Virus record (IMG/VR): IMGVR_UViG_3300025018_000029
Coordinates: 1 to 45,196 of that record
DNA: 45,196 nt
Reading direction: 5' to 3' (one strand)
DNA from: a virus
Taxonomy: Duplodnaviria > Caudoviricetes
The notes beneath the pieces are model-generated. The model saw nothing but the letters and a program-made list of their open reading frames with translations. It was not told where the DNA came from and did not search any database. Position numbers and translations under genes: made by a program. Positions 20,501 through 28,969 of this stretch are shown one piece after another; the first letter of the stretch is position 1; every line of letters starts with the position of its first letter.

Positions 20501-21134
20501 TCTCATCCCCGGATCGTCAGGCATCAAGGCCTACGCCAATGGGGACAACTACATGCGTGAAGCCCGCACCTTCCTCGACCGCACCATGGTTGGGATGCCC
20601 AGTTACTCCCAAGGTATTCCGCCACAGCGGGACAGCTTCGGGGAGCCCATCTGGCGCAAGCGGGGTCTGACCACTGGCGGGGCAACTGACGTGGTGGAGA
20701 CCGAGCACAACCGCATCATCCTTGAGACGGGCAATGGTGTCCGGCCGCCATCACCTCACCACAGCGGGGTGGACTTCCGCACGGTCACGTTATCGGACGG
20801 TCGCAACGCCTACGATGTGTATCAGGAACTCTCGGCCAATCCTCCAAGTGGGCCCAGCCTGAAGGACCAGCTCGCCAAGCTCATTGGGTCTTCCAGCTAC
20901 GAGAAGCTCATTGATGGCGATCCCCAGCTCCCCGGCACCCGCGTTGGGGCGATGATGGATGTCGTCAGTCGGTACCGCCAAGTAGGCAAAGCGCTGATGC
21001 TCCGGCAATACCCAGAGCTGCGCCAGATGCTCTCCCAAGGGCAGATGGACCACCGGGCCAAGCTCCGGAGCACCCAACCCAACCAAACCACAAAGCCTAG
21101 CGTGAGGGACGTTCTGTCCTCCATGGGCTACTGA
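17526..21134 (+). CDS. Internal virion protein D (gp16-like)
   Basis: 1202 aa, largely helical; PFVKTPVN and GWMPYS motifs; precedes the tail fibre gene. Confidence 0.85.
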   Translation: MQIDEALLGQVDARLAKLRQPEEVPVVEQEAPEAAAMSVPEEDLEGRIEGTEDHWTRQGPAGIINSVGSGIVDAGFQTKDFFTGEPTEEDKSWFRRAHEATRSDLKETGWVNSLTVDVSQFVTGLVGAGKVLGPFKGAVETTKAGRVGFEVAKGAVAGFFAMDPHEERLSNLLTQWEPLRNPVTEYLAASPDDTAIEGRVKNALEGIGMDVALVGIFELGLRAIRASRRGDTAGAQAAMEEADVLQAKYDADQAAREAIEGTAEAVDDMLDAAPGAKVADDMEVPTGERGTVDISVGDITPAAKGDIEPIRSEASAIPLRPKDQTYKPTVEVPADSVVRLVATARHEAEVIDRFGSRQAALDAGEAVPRSELPWQKLNATEDVESLIASTTRSIQSQMDAAKGGSVLTDAKVRQMIDNAARHFGADPEVVMGEISKSGEAATHMVADLEASFIISRKLFDDSHALAVRIKAGMLDDFGGDPAAAYKELTRRLTAAADMMAQGASMRAAFGRGLRRQRAQFGIKPEDIAKFKDLPPERLVDLLNQTGGDPAKLREMVKPSWMRKVIDEGTFLLTNNLLWNWTTHAVNTSTNLYMLAARPTEKLIGGIAMGGRGAAIRKQAMKEYAYTVYSVADAWAGMVDAFLKSDSPLAPHGNEYTSGAGSRVTQPQLGWKPIKSTWDLFYNALLSKDIGKLGQAAGTAAKGAYRTGVGMPTRGLGAVDEFVQQLRYRSVVQARASVEGVEAGLKGDALRNHIKQRLQDAFDAEGRGIDNAALLEARTTTFQQDLLEGTLGKGVQNFRHNWPAASFILPFVKTPVNVLRYATKMTPGLNVFQKEYQQMLGGKLGAEAQAHAIGQMALGSMFMGVAANLALGEKITGSGPTDPALRKQLQATGWMPYSIVHEGEDGHKTYFPIGRFDPVGMPFGMIADLVDMMVTNPDNKKSTDGIMAVGLALASAFSEKTFLMNLNQVIQAIANPGDGGENIAKYMGNLSANLIPGSSGIKAYANGDNYMREARTFLDRTMVGMPSYSQGIPPQRDSFGEPIWRKRGLTTGGATDVVETEHNRIILETGNGVRPPSPHHSGVDFRTVTLSDGRNAYDVYQELSANPPSGPSLKDQLAKLIGSSSYEKLIDGDPQLPGTRVGAMMDVVSRYRQVGKALMLRQYPELRQMLSQGQMDHRAKLRSTQPNQTTKPSVRDVLSSMGY

Positions 21135-21148
21135 CCTAAGGTAAAACC

Positions 21149-22546
21149 ATGGCCGCTTTCAGCTACGTGACGTGGGAGACCACCAAGTCCCCCGGCGACA
21201 CCATCTCGATCACCTACCCGTACCTAAAGCCCGAGCATGTGGTGCTGCTCGATGCGGACGGCGTGGCAATCAACTCCAGCCTCTACCAGTGGACCAGCGC
21301 GGGCACCATCGAGTGTCTGGCCGGCTTCCCAACGGGAGCTGGTCGGGCCGAGCGGCAGACCCCGCGTACTGGCCTGCCGTCCGAGCAGCAAGGGGCCGGA
21401 TCGTTCAACTGGACGGGCGCCAACCAGAACGACAAGACGCTCCTCTACATCCAGCAGGAAGTCGATGATGGTGAAGCTGCCCGCCAGGCTGTGACGGACG
21501 AGCTTGTGGCTGGGTACTCGGAGGTCCTTACGGCGGCCGATACCGCTACGGCTGCGGCCAACACAGCGACCACCAAGGCGGGTGAAGCGTCAACAAGCGC
21601 CACCAACGCGGCCAGCTCGGCGGGGGCTGCCAGTACCTCCGCTGGGTCGGCATCGAGCAGTGCTTCGAATGCGGCATCGAGTGCCTCAACGGCGACCACC
21701 AAGGCCAGTGAGGCGGCTACCTCTGCGTCTGCCTCTGCCGGCTCCGCCTCCACGGCCACAACGAAGGCGTCCGAGGCGGCTACTTCTGCAAGTACGGCAA
21801 CGGGGGCTGCCTCAACAGCCACCACTAAGGCGGATGCGGCCAGCGACTCGGCGGCGGCGGCTTCAAGCTCCGCTTCCACGGCCACAACGAAGGCCGATGA
21901 AGCTGCTGCTAGTGCTGCACAAATCGACCTCCCAAGCGCCCCTACTGCCCTAAACTATCTGCGCCGCAATGCCGCCAATGACGGCTACGAGAACCGAACG
22001 CCCCAGCAGGTCCGTGGTGACATTGGGCAGACGTGGGAGCAGATCGGCGCCAAAGTTGACCTTACTTCTGCTGCCGATGAGATATCTTGGAACAATTTAG
22101 TCGATTACCGGGATTGGTGGCTGTTTGGACGTGTGTTTCCCTCAGTGGACGGTGAGAACCTTCGTGGCCAACTGAGTGTGGATAACGGAGCAAGCTGGTT
22201 AAACACCAATTATGGGTGGCAATATCTTTATGCCCGCGCAACCACGACGACCGCCAACGACTCTACCGGCTTCGGGGCAAGCGCCTTTGCATTCAACCCT
22301 ACAGGAGTTGGTTCTGGAAGTAATGAAGGTATTACCCTGGATATTAAAGCTACGGACTTCAATCGTTCTGCTGTTTCGATGCTTACGTGCAGGACCCCTT
22401 ACTTAGATACTAGCAATAACTTGGTAGAAGTTGGGTCAACCCAGGCTGTTCAGAATGCTAGCATAAAAAGTGCCCTGCGGCTTTATTGGGGGTCAGGTGA
22501 TTTTGCGGCAGGAAGCCATCTCACACTAATGGGGATACGAGGATGA
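21149..22546 (+). CDS. Tail fibre (gp17-like)
   Basis: T7-type N-terminal adaptor (YPYLKPEHV, RQTP, LLYIQQE), Ala/Ser/Thr repeat stalk, beta-rich tip. Confidence 0.88.
   Translation: MAAFSYVTWETTKSPGDTISITYPYLKPEHVVLLDADGVAINSSLYQWTSAGTIECLAGFPTGAGRAERQTPRTGLPSEQQGAGSFNWTGANQNDKTLLYIQQEVDDGEAARQAVTDELVAGYSEVLTAADTATAAANTATTKAGEASTSATNAASSAGAASTSAGSASSSASNAASSASTATTKASEAATSASASAGSASTATTKASEAATSASTATGAASTATTKADAASDSAAAASSSASTATTKADEAAASAAQIDLPSAPTALNYLRRNAANDGYENRTPQQVRGDIGQTWEQIGAKVDLTSAADEISWNNLVDYRDWWLFGRVFPSVDGENLRGQLSVDNGASWLNTNYGWQYLYARATTTTANDSTGFGASAFAFNPTGVGSGSNEGITLDIKATDFNRSAVSMLTCRTPYLDTSNNLVEVGSTQAVQNASIKSALRLYWGSGDFAAGSHLTLMGIRG
21540..21920 (+). repeat. Coding repeats of TATTKA-like units in the tail-fibre stalk
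   Basis: Five TATTKA units in the translation, with degenerate DNA sequence. Confidence 0.8.
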
Positions 22547-22884
22547 TTAGGATAGCGAACGGCGTTGAAGTAGTAAGAACGCCCGAAGAATTTGCAGCTT
22601 GGGAAGCCGAACGGGCCACCTATGTACCACCAACCCCCGACCCTCTCCGCAACCTCGAACCCGACCAGTTCCACACCATGCTGAACCTCTCGGGCTACCT
22701 GCCGGACATCGAGGCTGTTCTGGCCGCGAGTGATGACATGGTGTTCGTCGCTGCGGCCCGCGCCAAGCTGCAATTCGCCAAGCACTTCGTGCGGGATGAC
22801 CCTCTGGTCGTCGGCCTTGCGCAGTCCATTGGTCTGACCCCCGAGATGCTCGACAGCATGTGGGACCAGGCGCACTCCTTCTAG
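22543..22884 (+). CDS. Hypothetical protein, possible tail-fibre chaperone
   Basis: Coupled to the fibre stop; FVRDDPLV..LGLT..LD-like C-terminus typical of fibre-associated small proteins. Confidence 0.6.
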   Translation: MIRIANGVEVVRTPEEFAAWEAERATYVPPTPDPLRNLEPDQFHTMLNLSGYLPDIEAVLAASDDMVFVAAARAKLQFAKHFVRDDPLVVGLAQSIGLTPEMLDSMWDQAHSF

Positions 22885-22893
22885 GAACCCAAC

Positions 22894-23079
22894 ATGCCAC
22901 GGTACAAATACATAGCGCACCTCGATTGGGGGACGCCGATGACGCTCACCTATGACGGACCCATCGTGGAGCTGGCATTGGCGGAAGCTCGAAGGCGGTG
23001 CATCCGGCCCGACGAGATGAGGTGGGTGCAGAAGCAGACCTACGAGATGGTCCACGACCCACAGAAAGCAGCCACATGA
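22894..23079 (+). CDS. Hypothetical protein
   Basis: RBS AGGA; stop overlaps the terS start. Confidence 0.6.
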   Translation: MPRYKYIAHLDWGTPMTLTYDGPIVELALAEARRRCIRPDEMRWVQKQTYEMVHDPQKAAT

Positions 23080-23459
23080 CACACAATCCTGACGAGGCGG
23101 AGGACGACTACGCCAACGCCTTTGACCTATACCACTCCTCGGGGAACGCCCGCGATGAGGACCGGCCGGCACAGCGTGAGGTGGAAGGCCAGCCCGATGG
23201 GAGCAACTCCAAGCTCGACCTCGAAGACATGGAGGTCCACGACCTTCTGGTGATGAGCCGCAAGCTCCTCCTCACGAAGCTGCTTGAGTCCGTCCATGGT
23301 GGGTACGCCTCTCCCCAAGAGATGGCCATCCTCGCCAAGCTGCTAAAGGACAACGGCATGGTCATGGGAGACCCCTTCGAGGGCGGCTCCAAGGGTGGCA
23401 ATGGTGCCCCACAGCGCCAGCCCCTCCCGACCTTCACGAGGCCCGAGTATGAGCCTTGA
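23076..23459 (+). CDS. Terminase small subunit (gp18-like)
   Basis: ASPQEMAILAKLLKDNG motif; lies upstream of terL. Confidence 0.75.
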   Translation: MTHNPDEAEDDYANAFDLYHSSGNARDEDRPAQREVEGQPDGSNSKLDLEDMEVHDLLVMSRKLLLTKLLESVHGGYASPQEMAILAKLLKDNGMVMGDPFEGGSKGGNGAPQRQPLPTFTRPEYEP

Positions 23460-23622
23460 TGAGTCGCTCCTGAAGCTGTTGGGGACACTCAAGCGGCAGC
23501 ACAGCATCACCCTCACGCGCCTCTCCAAGCTCGAAGAGCAGTTGGGCCACATCCCCGAGCCAGAGCCCCTGTGGGTGCGGCTCTACAAGTTCGTCAGAGA
23601 GGAGCGCCGCAATGTCGGATAA
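23449..23622 (+). CDS. Hypothetical coiled-coil protein
   Basis: Part of an overlapping ORF chain; heptad-like Leu pattern. Confidence 0.55.
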   Translation: MSLDESLLKLLGTLKRQHSITLTRLSKLEEQLGHIPEPEPLWVRLYKFVREERRNVG

Positions 23623-23860
23623 CCCCCCTCTGGTGACGGTGGACCTCATCCTTGAGCTGCACAGCGGGTTGGAAGTCCTCAAGGTTCGTCAGGCCGAGAT
23701 TAACCGGCGCATCGGGAGCCTGGAGGACCACCTCAAGCCCGTCCCCGAGAACTTTGGGTCCCAGCTCTGGGGCTACTTCTGGCAGGCGGTCATCTGGGGC
23801 GTTGGTATCACTGCGGTTGTGGTGGTCGGTGGGGCCTTTGGGGTGGAGGTGAGGTGGTGA
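23612..23860 (+). CDS. Hypothetical protein with coiled coil and C-terminal TM helix
   Basis: RBS GAGGAG; hydrophobic C-terminus. Confidence 0.65.
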   Translation: MSDNPPLVTVDLILELHSGLEVLKVRQAEINRRIGSLEDHLKPVPENFGSQLWGYFWQAVIWGVGITAVVVVGGAFGVEVRW

Positions 23861-23958
23861 TCCTTGGCCTCGGCCCCTTAGAGTGGCTGCTCTTCTCCTG
23901 CTGGGTCGTCCTGATGGGCGTGATTATAAGGGGCATCGGGAGGACCTTTGATGACTGA
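23857..23958 (+). CDS. Putative 33-aa hydrophobic peptide
   Basis: GTGA coupling; translates MILGLGPLEWLLFSCWVVLMGVIIRGIGRTFDD. Confidence 0.4.
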   Translation: MILGLGPLEWLLFSCWVVLMGVIIRGIGRTFDD

Positions 23959-24334
23959 CCGGCCGTCTATCTCGCTGGTCTCCCGCCTCGTGATCCTCTC
24001 CTCCGTTGCCTACTACGGGCTCGACACGCCGCTGGCCTCCGACGCCCAGTTCGATGAGTGGTGCCGGCGTGTCCATGACGAGTGGGACGACCTTGACGAG
24101 GTGACCCAGTGGAAGCTCGGAGACCCACATTCAATCCACACCTCAGGCTTCCACATCAAGTGCTCCGACGCGGACCTCGGAGGCCTCGTGGTGTGGCTCA
24201 AGGAAAAGAAGTGCTTCCGGTACCGGCTCTGTGTCGCGGCCGGGAGCTGGAAAACAAAGGGTCGTGGCAAGAGCCGCTTCCGGTACTGCAATGTAGGAGA
24301 TGTGTCATGGGACACGAGACACCCGGTGTCGTGA
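23951..24334 (+). CDS. Stand-alone NAD-dependent DNA ligase domain Ia-like protein
   Basis: AYYGLDTPLASDAQFD matches the LigA Ia signature YY..D.P.(I/V)SD.EYD; no adenylation domain follows. Confidence 0.7.
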   Translation: MTDRPSISLVSRLVILSSVAYYGLDTPLASDAQFDEWCRRVHDEWDDLDEVTQWKLGDPHSIHTSGFHIKCSDADLGGLVVWLKEKKCFRYRLCVAAGSWKTKGRGKSRFRYCNVGDVSWDTRHPVS

Positions 24335-24516
24335 TGGTCTTTGTCGTCCAAGGCATCACTGAGAGTGGCGATCATTGGACCCTCGTGTTCGACGGGCATC
24401 CCTCTGACGAGCGAGTCCGGGCGGAACTCTGGGAGACAATGCCCTATGAGATGCGCCACGAGACCCAAGGCGCGTGGACCAAAACAGCCCATGAGGTCAT
24501 CCCCCATGCAAACTAA
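24334..24516 (+). CDS. Hypothetical protein
   Basis: TGATG coupling; 60 aa. Confidence 0.55.
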   Translation: MVFVVQGITESGDHWTLVFDGHPSDERVRAELWETMPYEMRHETQGAWTKTAHEVIPHAN

Positions 24517-25054
24517 GGTCATCAACCTCTTCGCTGGCCCAGGTGCCGGCAAGTCCACGACCGCTGCGGGGCTCTTCAACCTGATGAAGCTCTCAGGGGA
24601 GAAGGTGGAGCTGGTGATGGAGTACGCCAAGGACCTCACCTACGAGAAGAACGCCTCCCGGCTGGGCAACCAGATGACTATCCTCGGGGAGCAGTTCAAC
24701 CGCCTTCACCGCCTCGTCGGACAGGTGGAGTGGATCATCACGGACTCGCCCCTGCTGCTGGGCACGATGTACGCCACGGGGCCCTTCAAGTCGGCCGGCT
24801 TCACGGGCACCGTCCTGTGGGCCTTCGACGTGTTCGACAATGTGAACTTCGTGATCGACCGCCACAAGGAATACGTCTCTTGGGGCCGCAACCAGACCGA
24901 GGATGAGGCCAAGGCCATCGACCGCCGCGTGACTGCCATGCTGGACGGCATCGGGCTGGAATACGGGGTCATTGATGGGACGCAGGATGCTCCACGGGCC
25001 ATCTATCGGGCCATCAAAGGTGAGGTCGTGGAGAGCCTTCCAGATGTCCCCTAG
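24506..25054 (+). CDS. P-loop kinase/ATPase, NadR/AAA_28-like
   Basis: INLFAGPGAGKST Walker A, EYAKD, ITDSPLL, GRNQTEDEA. Confidence 0.8.
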   Translation: MQTKVINLFAGPGAGKSTTAAGLFNLMKLSGEKVELVMEYAKDLTYEKNASRLGNQMTILGEQFNRLHRLVGQVEWIITDSPLLLGTMYATGPFKSAGFTGTVLWAFDVFDNVNFVIDRHKEYVSWGRNQTEDEAKAIDRRVTAMLDGIGLEYGVIDGTQDAPRAIYRAIKGEVVESLPDVP

Positions 25055-25238
25055 TCACTATCCGTGCGTGGTCTTCTTTGGTCCCGCCGAGTGGGCCGAT
25101 GAGGGGATGGAGTTCGGGGCCAATGGTACCCTCTGTCTCACCCAGCAGCGCTTTTCTGAACTGACCGGGTGGATGAACAGCGTCTACTACTCCGTGCGGG
25201 CCATCGCCTATTTCATTGAGGAGCCATCCACGCCGTGA
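25044..25238 (+). CDS. Hypothetical protein
   Basis: Overlaps both neighbours; coupled to the terL GTG. Confidence 0.5.
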   Translation: MSPSHYPCVVFFGPAEWADEGMEFGANGTLCLTQQRFSELTGWMNSVYYSVRAIAYFIEEPSTP

Positions 25239-27094
25239 CCGAACTCAAAATAGTTGACCCCCTACTGGGCCCCGGAAGTGAACCACTTCTGGGGTCCACT
25301 GCTTATAAGGAGCCCATCCACTGGCGGCTCCAGGTCTTCGGGGACCCCATCAAGGACGACTTCCGTGTCTTCCTGACGCTGCTCTGGCGGCACCTGAACC
25401 TCCCCGATCCGACGCCCCTCCAGCTCGACATCGCGTATTACCTCCAGCACCACGGGTGGAACGGTGAGATTGACCGTCTCATCATCATGGCCTTCCGTGG
25501 GGCCGCCAAGAGCTGGATCACTGCGGCCTACGTCCTGTGGAACCTCCTGAGGAACCCACAGCTCAAGATCGGCGTGTTCTCCGGCTCGGCGCGGCGCTCG
25601 GTCAACTTCGTGAACTTCTGTCTGAACCTCGTTGCGGAAGTCCCCGAGCTTCAACACCTGAGGCCCAAGCCCAACCAGCGGCAGAGTGCTACAGCCTTTG
25701 ACGTGGCGCCTTCAAGGCCCGATCAGACGCCATCTGTCTTTGCGGTCGGCATCACGTCCTCCATCGTGGGCTTTCGTGCGGACATCATTGTGGGCGATGA
25801 CGTGGAGACCAACAAGAACTCCATGACGCCCGAGATGCGCGAGAAGATTGCGGATGCGGTGAAGGAGTTTGACGCCATCATCAAGCCGGGTGGGCAGATC
25901 ATCTTCCTCGGGACGCCCCAGACGGAGGCCTCGATCTACGTGGTGCTGGTCCCCCGTGGCTACAACATCAAGATTTGGCCTGTCCGGTACCCGAACCAGA
26001 AGCAGCGCCGCATGTATGGCGACAGGCTGGCCCCGTGGGTGGTCTTTCAGCTCCAGCGCAATCCATCCCTCATCGGCACCTCCACCGAGCCTGGGCGCTT
26101 CTCCGAGGAGGACCTTACGGGCCGTGAGCTATCGTGGGGCAAGGCCGGCTTCGCGCTCCAGTACATGCTGGACACGAGCTTGTCGGATGTCGATCGGTAC
26201 CCTCTCCGGTTGCGTGATCTGGTGGTCATGTCGCTGGATCGGCGCAGTGCTCCAGACCTCGTGGCGTGGGGCTCAGGGGACCATCTGCGGCACAAGGAGC
26301 TATCCCCAATCTCGCTCGACGGGGACGCCCTGTACGCCCCTGCAAGCGTCTCTGACACGTACTCCAAGTACCAGACGATGTGCGCCTTCATTGACCCCTC
26401 GGGGGCCGGCAAGGACGAGACCTCGCTGACCATCGGTGGGGTGGTGAACTCAACTCCATACCTCGTCAAACAGGCGGGCTGGATGGACGGCTTCGGGGAA
26501 GAGACCCTCAAGGCCATCGCCAAGCTCCTCGTGGAGTGGAGGGTCAAGACGTGCCGGGTGGAGGAGGACTTCGGGCAGGGCATGTTCGCCCAGCTCTTGG
26601 CGCCCTACGTGCGGAAGGAATGGGAGGCGGTCAACGCCAAGCTCCCGCGCTCCGAGTGGGGAGCCACCGAGGTCGTCTCCGAGCGGGCCAAGCGTATGCA
26701 GAAGGAGCTGCGCATTCTGGAGGTACTGGAGCCGCTCTTCAACGGGCACCGTCTGGTGGTCTCTCTCGATGTCCTCGTGGAGGATCTGAACCAAGTGCGG
26801 AGGCGCGATGGGACGGACCTGAGGGACCGCTACAGCCTCATGTACCAGATCACCCGCCTCACCCGCGAGAGGGACAGCCTGCCGCACGATGACCGCGTGG
26901 AGGGGCTCGCAGGGCTGATGATGATGCTCATAGAGTTCTTGGGGATGAGCCCCGAGGACCAGGCGCGTGTCAGGCGTCAGGCGTCGGTCGATGAGGAACT
27001 CGCCAAGTTCGACAAGGAGTTCGATGACTTGCAGGGAAGGCGCCAGCCGAGGAACCTCCTGAGGGGCAAGCTGCGGACTGGGAGTGGGCGTTAA
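25235..27094 (+). CDS. Terminase large subunit (gp19-like)
   Basis: AFRGAAKSWIT, GFRADIIVGDDVE, FLGTPQ, IDPSGAGKDET, HDDRVE. Confidence 0.97.
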   Translation: MTELKIVDPLLGPGSEPLLGSTAYKEPIHWRLQVFGDPIKDDFRVFLTLLWRHLNLPDPTPLQLDIAYYLQHHGWNGEIDRLIIMAFRGAAKSWITAAYVLWNLLRNPQLKIGVFSGSARRSVNFVNFCLNLVAEVPELQHLRPKPNQRQSATAFDVAPSRPDQTPSVFAVGITSSIVGFRADIIVGDDVETNKNSMTPEMREKIADAVKEFDAIIKPGGQIIFLGTPQTEASIYVVLVPRGYNIKIWPVRYPNQKQRRMYGDRLAPWVVFQLQRNPSLIGTSTEPGRFSEEDLTGRELSWGKAGFALQYMLDTSLSDVDRYPLRLRDLVVMSLDRRSAPDLVAWGSGDHLRHKELSPISLDGDALYAPASVSDTYSKYQTMCAFIDPSGAGKDETSLTIGGVVNSTPYLVKQAGWMDGFGEETLKAIAKLLVEWRVKTCRVEEDFGQGMFAQLLAPYVRKEWEAVNAKLPRSEWGATEVVSERAKRMQKELRILEVLEPLFNGHRLVVSLDVLVEDLNQVRRRDGTDLRDRYSLMYQITRLTRERDSLPHDDRVEGLAGLMMMLIEFLGMSPEDQARVRRQASVDEELAKFDKEFDDLQGRRQPRNLLRGKLRTGSGR

Positions 27095-27127
27095 ATACCC
27101 TTCCATTAGAGGGGCCCCCAGTGTTCC
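27091..27127 (+). promoter_or_regulatory. Putative phage RNAP promoter, copy 1 of a 37-bp direct repeat
   Basis: TAAATACCCTTCCATTA then GAGGGG: 17 nt followed by a purine start, as in T7/T3 promoters. Confidence 0.65.
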
Positions 27128-27200
27128 CTCTAAGTAAGCTACAGGTGTGATGGTCATAGACCCTCATCATCACAACACTAAGGGGCCTCTCTGAGGACCA

Positions 27201-27237
27201 TTAAATACCCTTCCATTAGAGGGGCCCCTAGTGTTCC
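27201..27237 (+). promoter_or_regulatory. Putative phage RNAP promoter, copy 2
   Basis: 36/37 identical to 27091-27127, 110 bp downstream. Confidence 0.65.
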
Positions 27238-27292
27238 GTATAGTAGCAGCACCATGTCCTAGTGCTCAATGTGTCCGACATGATGCCTCCCT

Positions 27293-27324
27293 CCTAGTCC
27301 ACCCCTAGTCCACCCCTAGTCCAC
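27293..27324 (+). repeat. Tandem repeat (CCTAGTCCACC) x3
   Basis: Read directly. Confidence 0.9.
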
Positions 27325-27402
27325 TCCCAGTACCACACCAAGCTCCTCCTCGCCGTATCAGAGGGAGGAGGGTGTGATCCCCCTCACCTAAAGGACCTCC
27401 AG

Positions 27403-27513
27403 ATGACCCTCCTCGTCTCCCTTGCAGTTATCGGCACCATCTGCGCCCTGCTGGCCATCTTCATGTTGCTCGGGGTGTACGCCTTGGGGCTGTTCCTGCC
27501 AGCCGGCTTATAG
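27403..27513 (+). CDS. 36-aa hydrophobic peptide (gp19.5 position)
   Basis: RBS CACCTAAAGGA as before other genes; translates MTLLVSLAVIGTICALLAIFMLLGVYALGLFLPAGL. Confidence 0.6.
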   Translation: MTLLVSLAVIGTICALLAIFMLLGVYALGLFLPAGL

Positions 27514-27905
27514 ACCCTTCCTTCATCGGTGCTCAAAGTGACTGACATGCTGACATTCCTCCTGCCCTTCCCCCTCGTCTGGCTCCAGCTCGACCTCTTC
27601 GAGTGGCTCTTCCCCGGTCGGCCCTAAGGGTCGGTCGTGTAACATCTACGATATACGTGGCGACGCATGAGTTTCCCCCCTGGCCCCCCTCCTCGCCGGC
27701 CTAGCGGACCTTATTGCCAGCACCTTGCACCACATTACGCCCTAACCCATTGGAAACATTGAGGCCCTAGGGAGATTGATAGTCCTGTAACGTGGTGGAT
27801 TGGCGTCGAGTGGCCTTGGGTTCTGACATGAGGTGGCCCCCTCGCGTCATATACTATCAGTGTTTGTTCACGGTCACATTGCGCACCATAGGCAAGGGGT
27901 CTCCA

Positions 27906-27970
27906 CCTAATGCCCTAGCCTCATGCCACGACCTCATGCCTCTACCTCATGCCTCTACCCCATGCCACGA
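27906..27970 (+). repeat. 13-bp tandem array, CCTCATGCCNNNA-like x5
   Basis: Units at 27906 (degenerate), 27919, 27932, 27945 and 27958. Confidence 0.85.
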
Positions 27971-27984
27971 CCTAGGGCCGTAAC

Positions 27985-28089
27985 GTGGTGTGGTGGTGTG
28001 GTGGTGTGGAGGTGGGGCATTAGGTGGGGCATTAGGTGTGGCTTGGAGTGGTGGCTTGGAGTGGTGGCTTGGAGTGGTGGCTTGGAGTG
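27985..28089 (+). repeat. G-rich tandem arrays: (GTGGTGTG) x3, (GGTGGGGCATTA) x2, (GTGGCTTGGAGTG) x4
   Basis: Read directly. Confidence 0.9.
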
Positions 28090-28385
28090 GTGAGGTGGTG
28101 GAGTTGATCGCCCTCACCCTCCCTAACACCTTGAGCACCCACACCATGCGCCCAGGTAACGGGGTCTAATGCCACCACATGGCCGCATAATGCCTACATG
28201 GCGCGGCATGGTGTAAAATAATGCAAGAGGCTTTGTGTAACTACATCAAGGTGTTAGAGGTGGTGATAGGGTCTAAATGAGGCTATCAGTGCTTTTTGTA
28301 TAATCATGTCGCTTGACACACTAAATGTCGTGTGGCCTTATGGGGTCAACAAAGACGAACACCCAGCGGCAAGAGGCCACACACC

Positions 28386-28526
28386 ATGTACTTCGTTTTC
28401 GATTGCACCAAGTCTGAGGGCCACGCCTTCTCCACACCCTTCGCGTTCATTGCCACCATCGGCGCCCTTGTGCTGACCAAATGGAATGGCCGCGTATATG
28501 ACTTTGAGAAAATGCCTTGTAGCTAA
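28386..28526 (+). CDS. First early gene, 46-aa hypothetical protein
   Basis: GAGG then ACACCATG start context shared with neighbouring early genes. Confidence 0.5.
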   Translation: MYFVFDCTKSEGHAFSTPFAFIATIGALVLTKWNGRVYDFEKMPCS

Positions 28527-28564
28527 ACCCTGCCACACGGCACACCAATCTGGAGCACGACACC

Positions 28565-28816
28565 ATGACCACACTTGATGAACTTCCCAGAGTAGTGACG
28601 GGACCGGGCGACTATGTGACCCGCAAAGGCCAGCGCGTGACAATCCACACGGTAAGCGACGGTCCGGAGACCTTCCGGGCTAAGGGCGCAATCTGGCGCA
28701 TGTTTCGCGGCAAGCTAACCTCACGGGGCTACGCAATCTGGCATGTGAGCGGACGCTATGATGCGGTGACAGAACGGACCCGCGACATTGTGGGACCATG
28801 GGCCCCTACGCCATGA
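28565..28816 (+). CDS. Early hypothetical protein
   Basis: RBS GGAG; 83 aa. Confidence 0.7.
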   Translation: MTTLDELPRVVTGPGDYVTRKGQRVTIHTVSDGPETFRAKGAIWRMFRGKLTSRGYAIWHVSGRYDAVTERTRDIVGPWAPTP

Positions 28817-28969
28817 CCCTCACCCTCATTAAGGTTTTCATCGTGTCGCCTTCAGGTGAGGTGCGCCAGGTTTACCGACTCGACGCCACACCCGCGACTT
28901 AACGCTGCCACACGGCACAGTAACGAGCGCCTGCGAGTGCGGGCCACTAATTCATAAAGGATCAACACC

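Noticed and set aside
21149-22546. Diversity-generating retroelement or invertible tail-fibre cassette
   Set aside because: No reverse transcriptase, invertase, template repeat or flanking inverted repeats seen
27091-27237. 37-bp repeats as a mini CRISPR array
   Set aside because: Only two copies with a 73-bp gap and no cas genes; the core recurs at 35905 in a promoter position
4217-27394. Recurring ACCTAAAGGA (about 4218, 16795, 17508, 27386) as a promoter or operator
   Set aside because: It always sits just before a start codon; explained as a Shine-Dalgarno site, usually fused to the upstream stop codon
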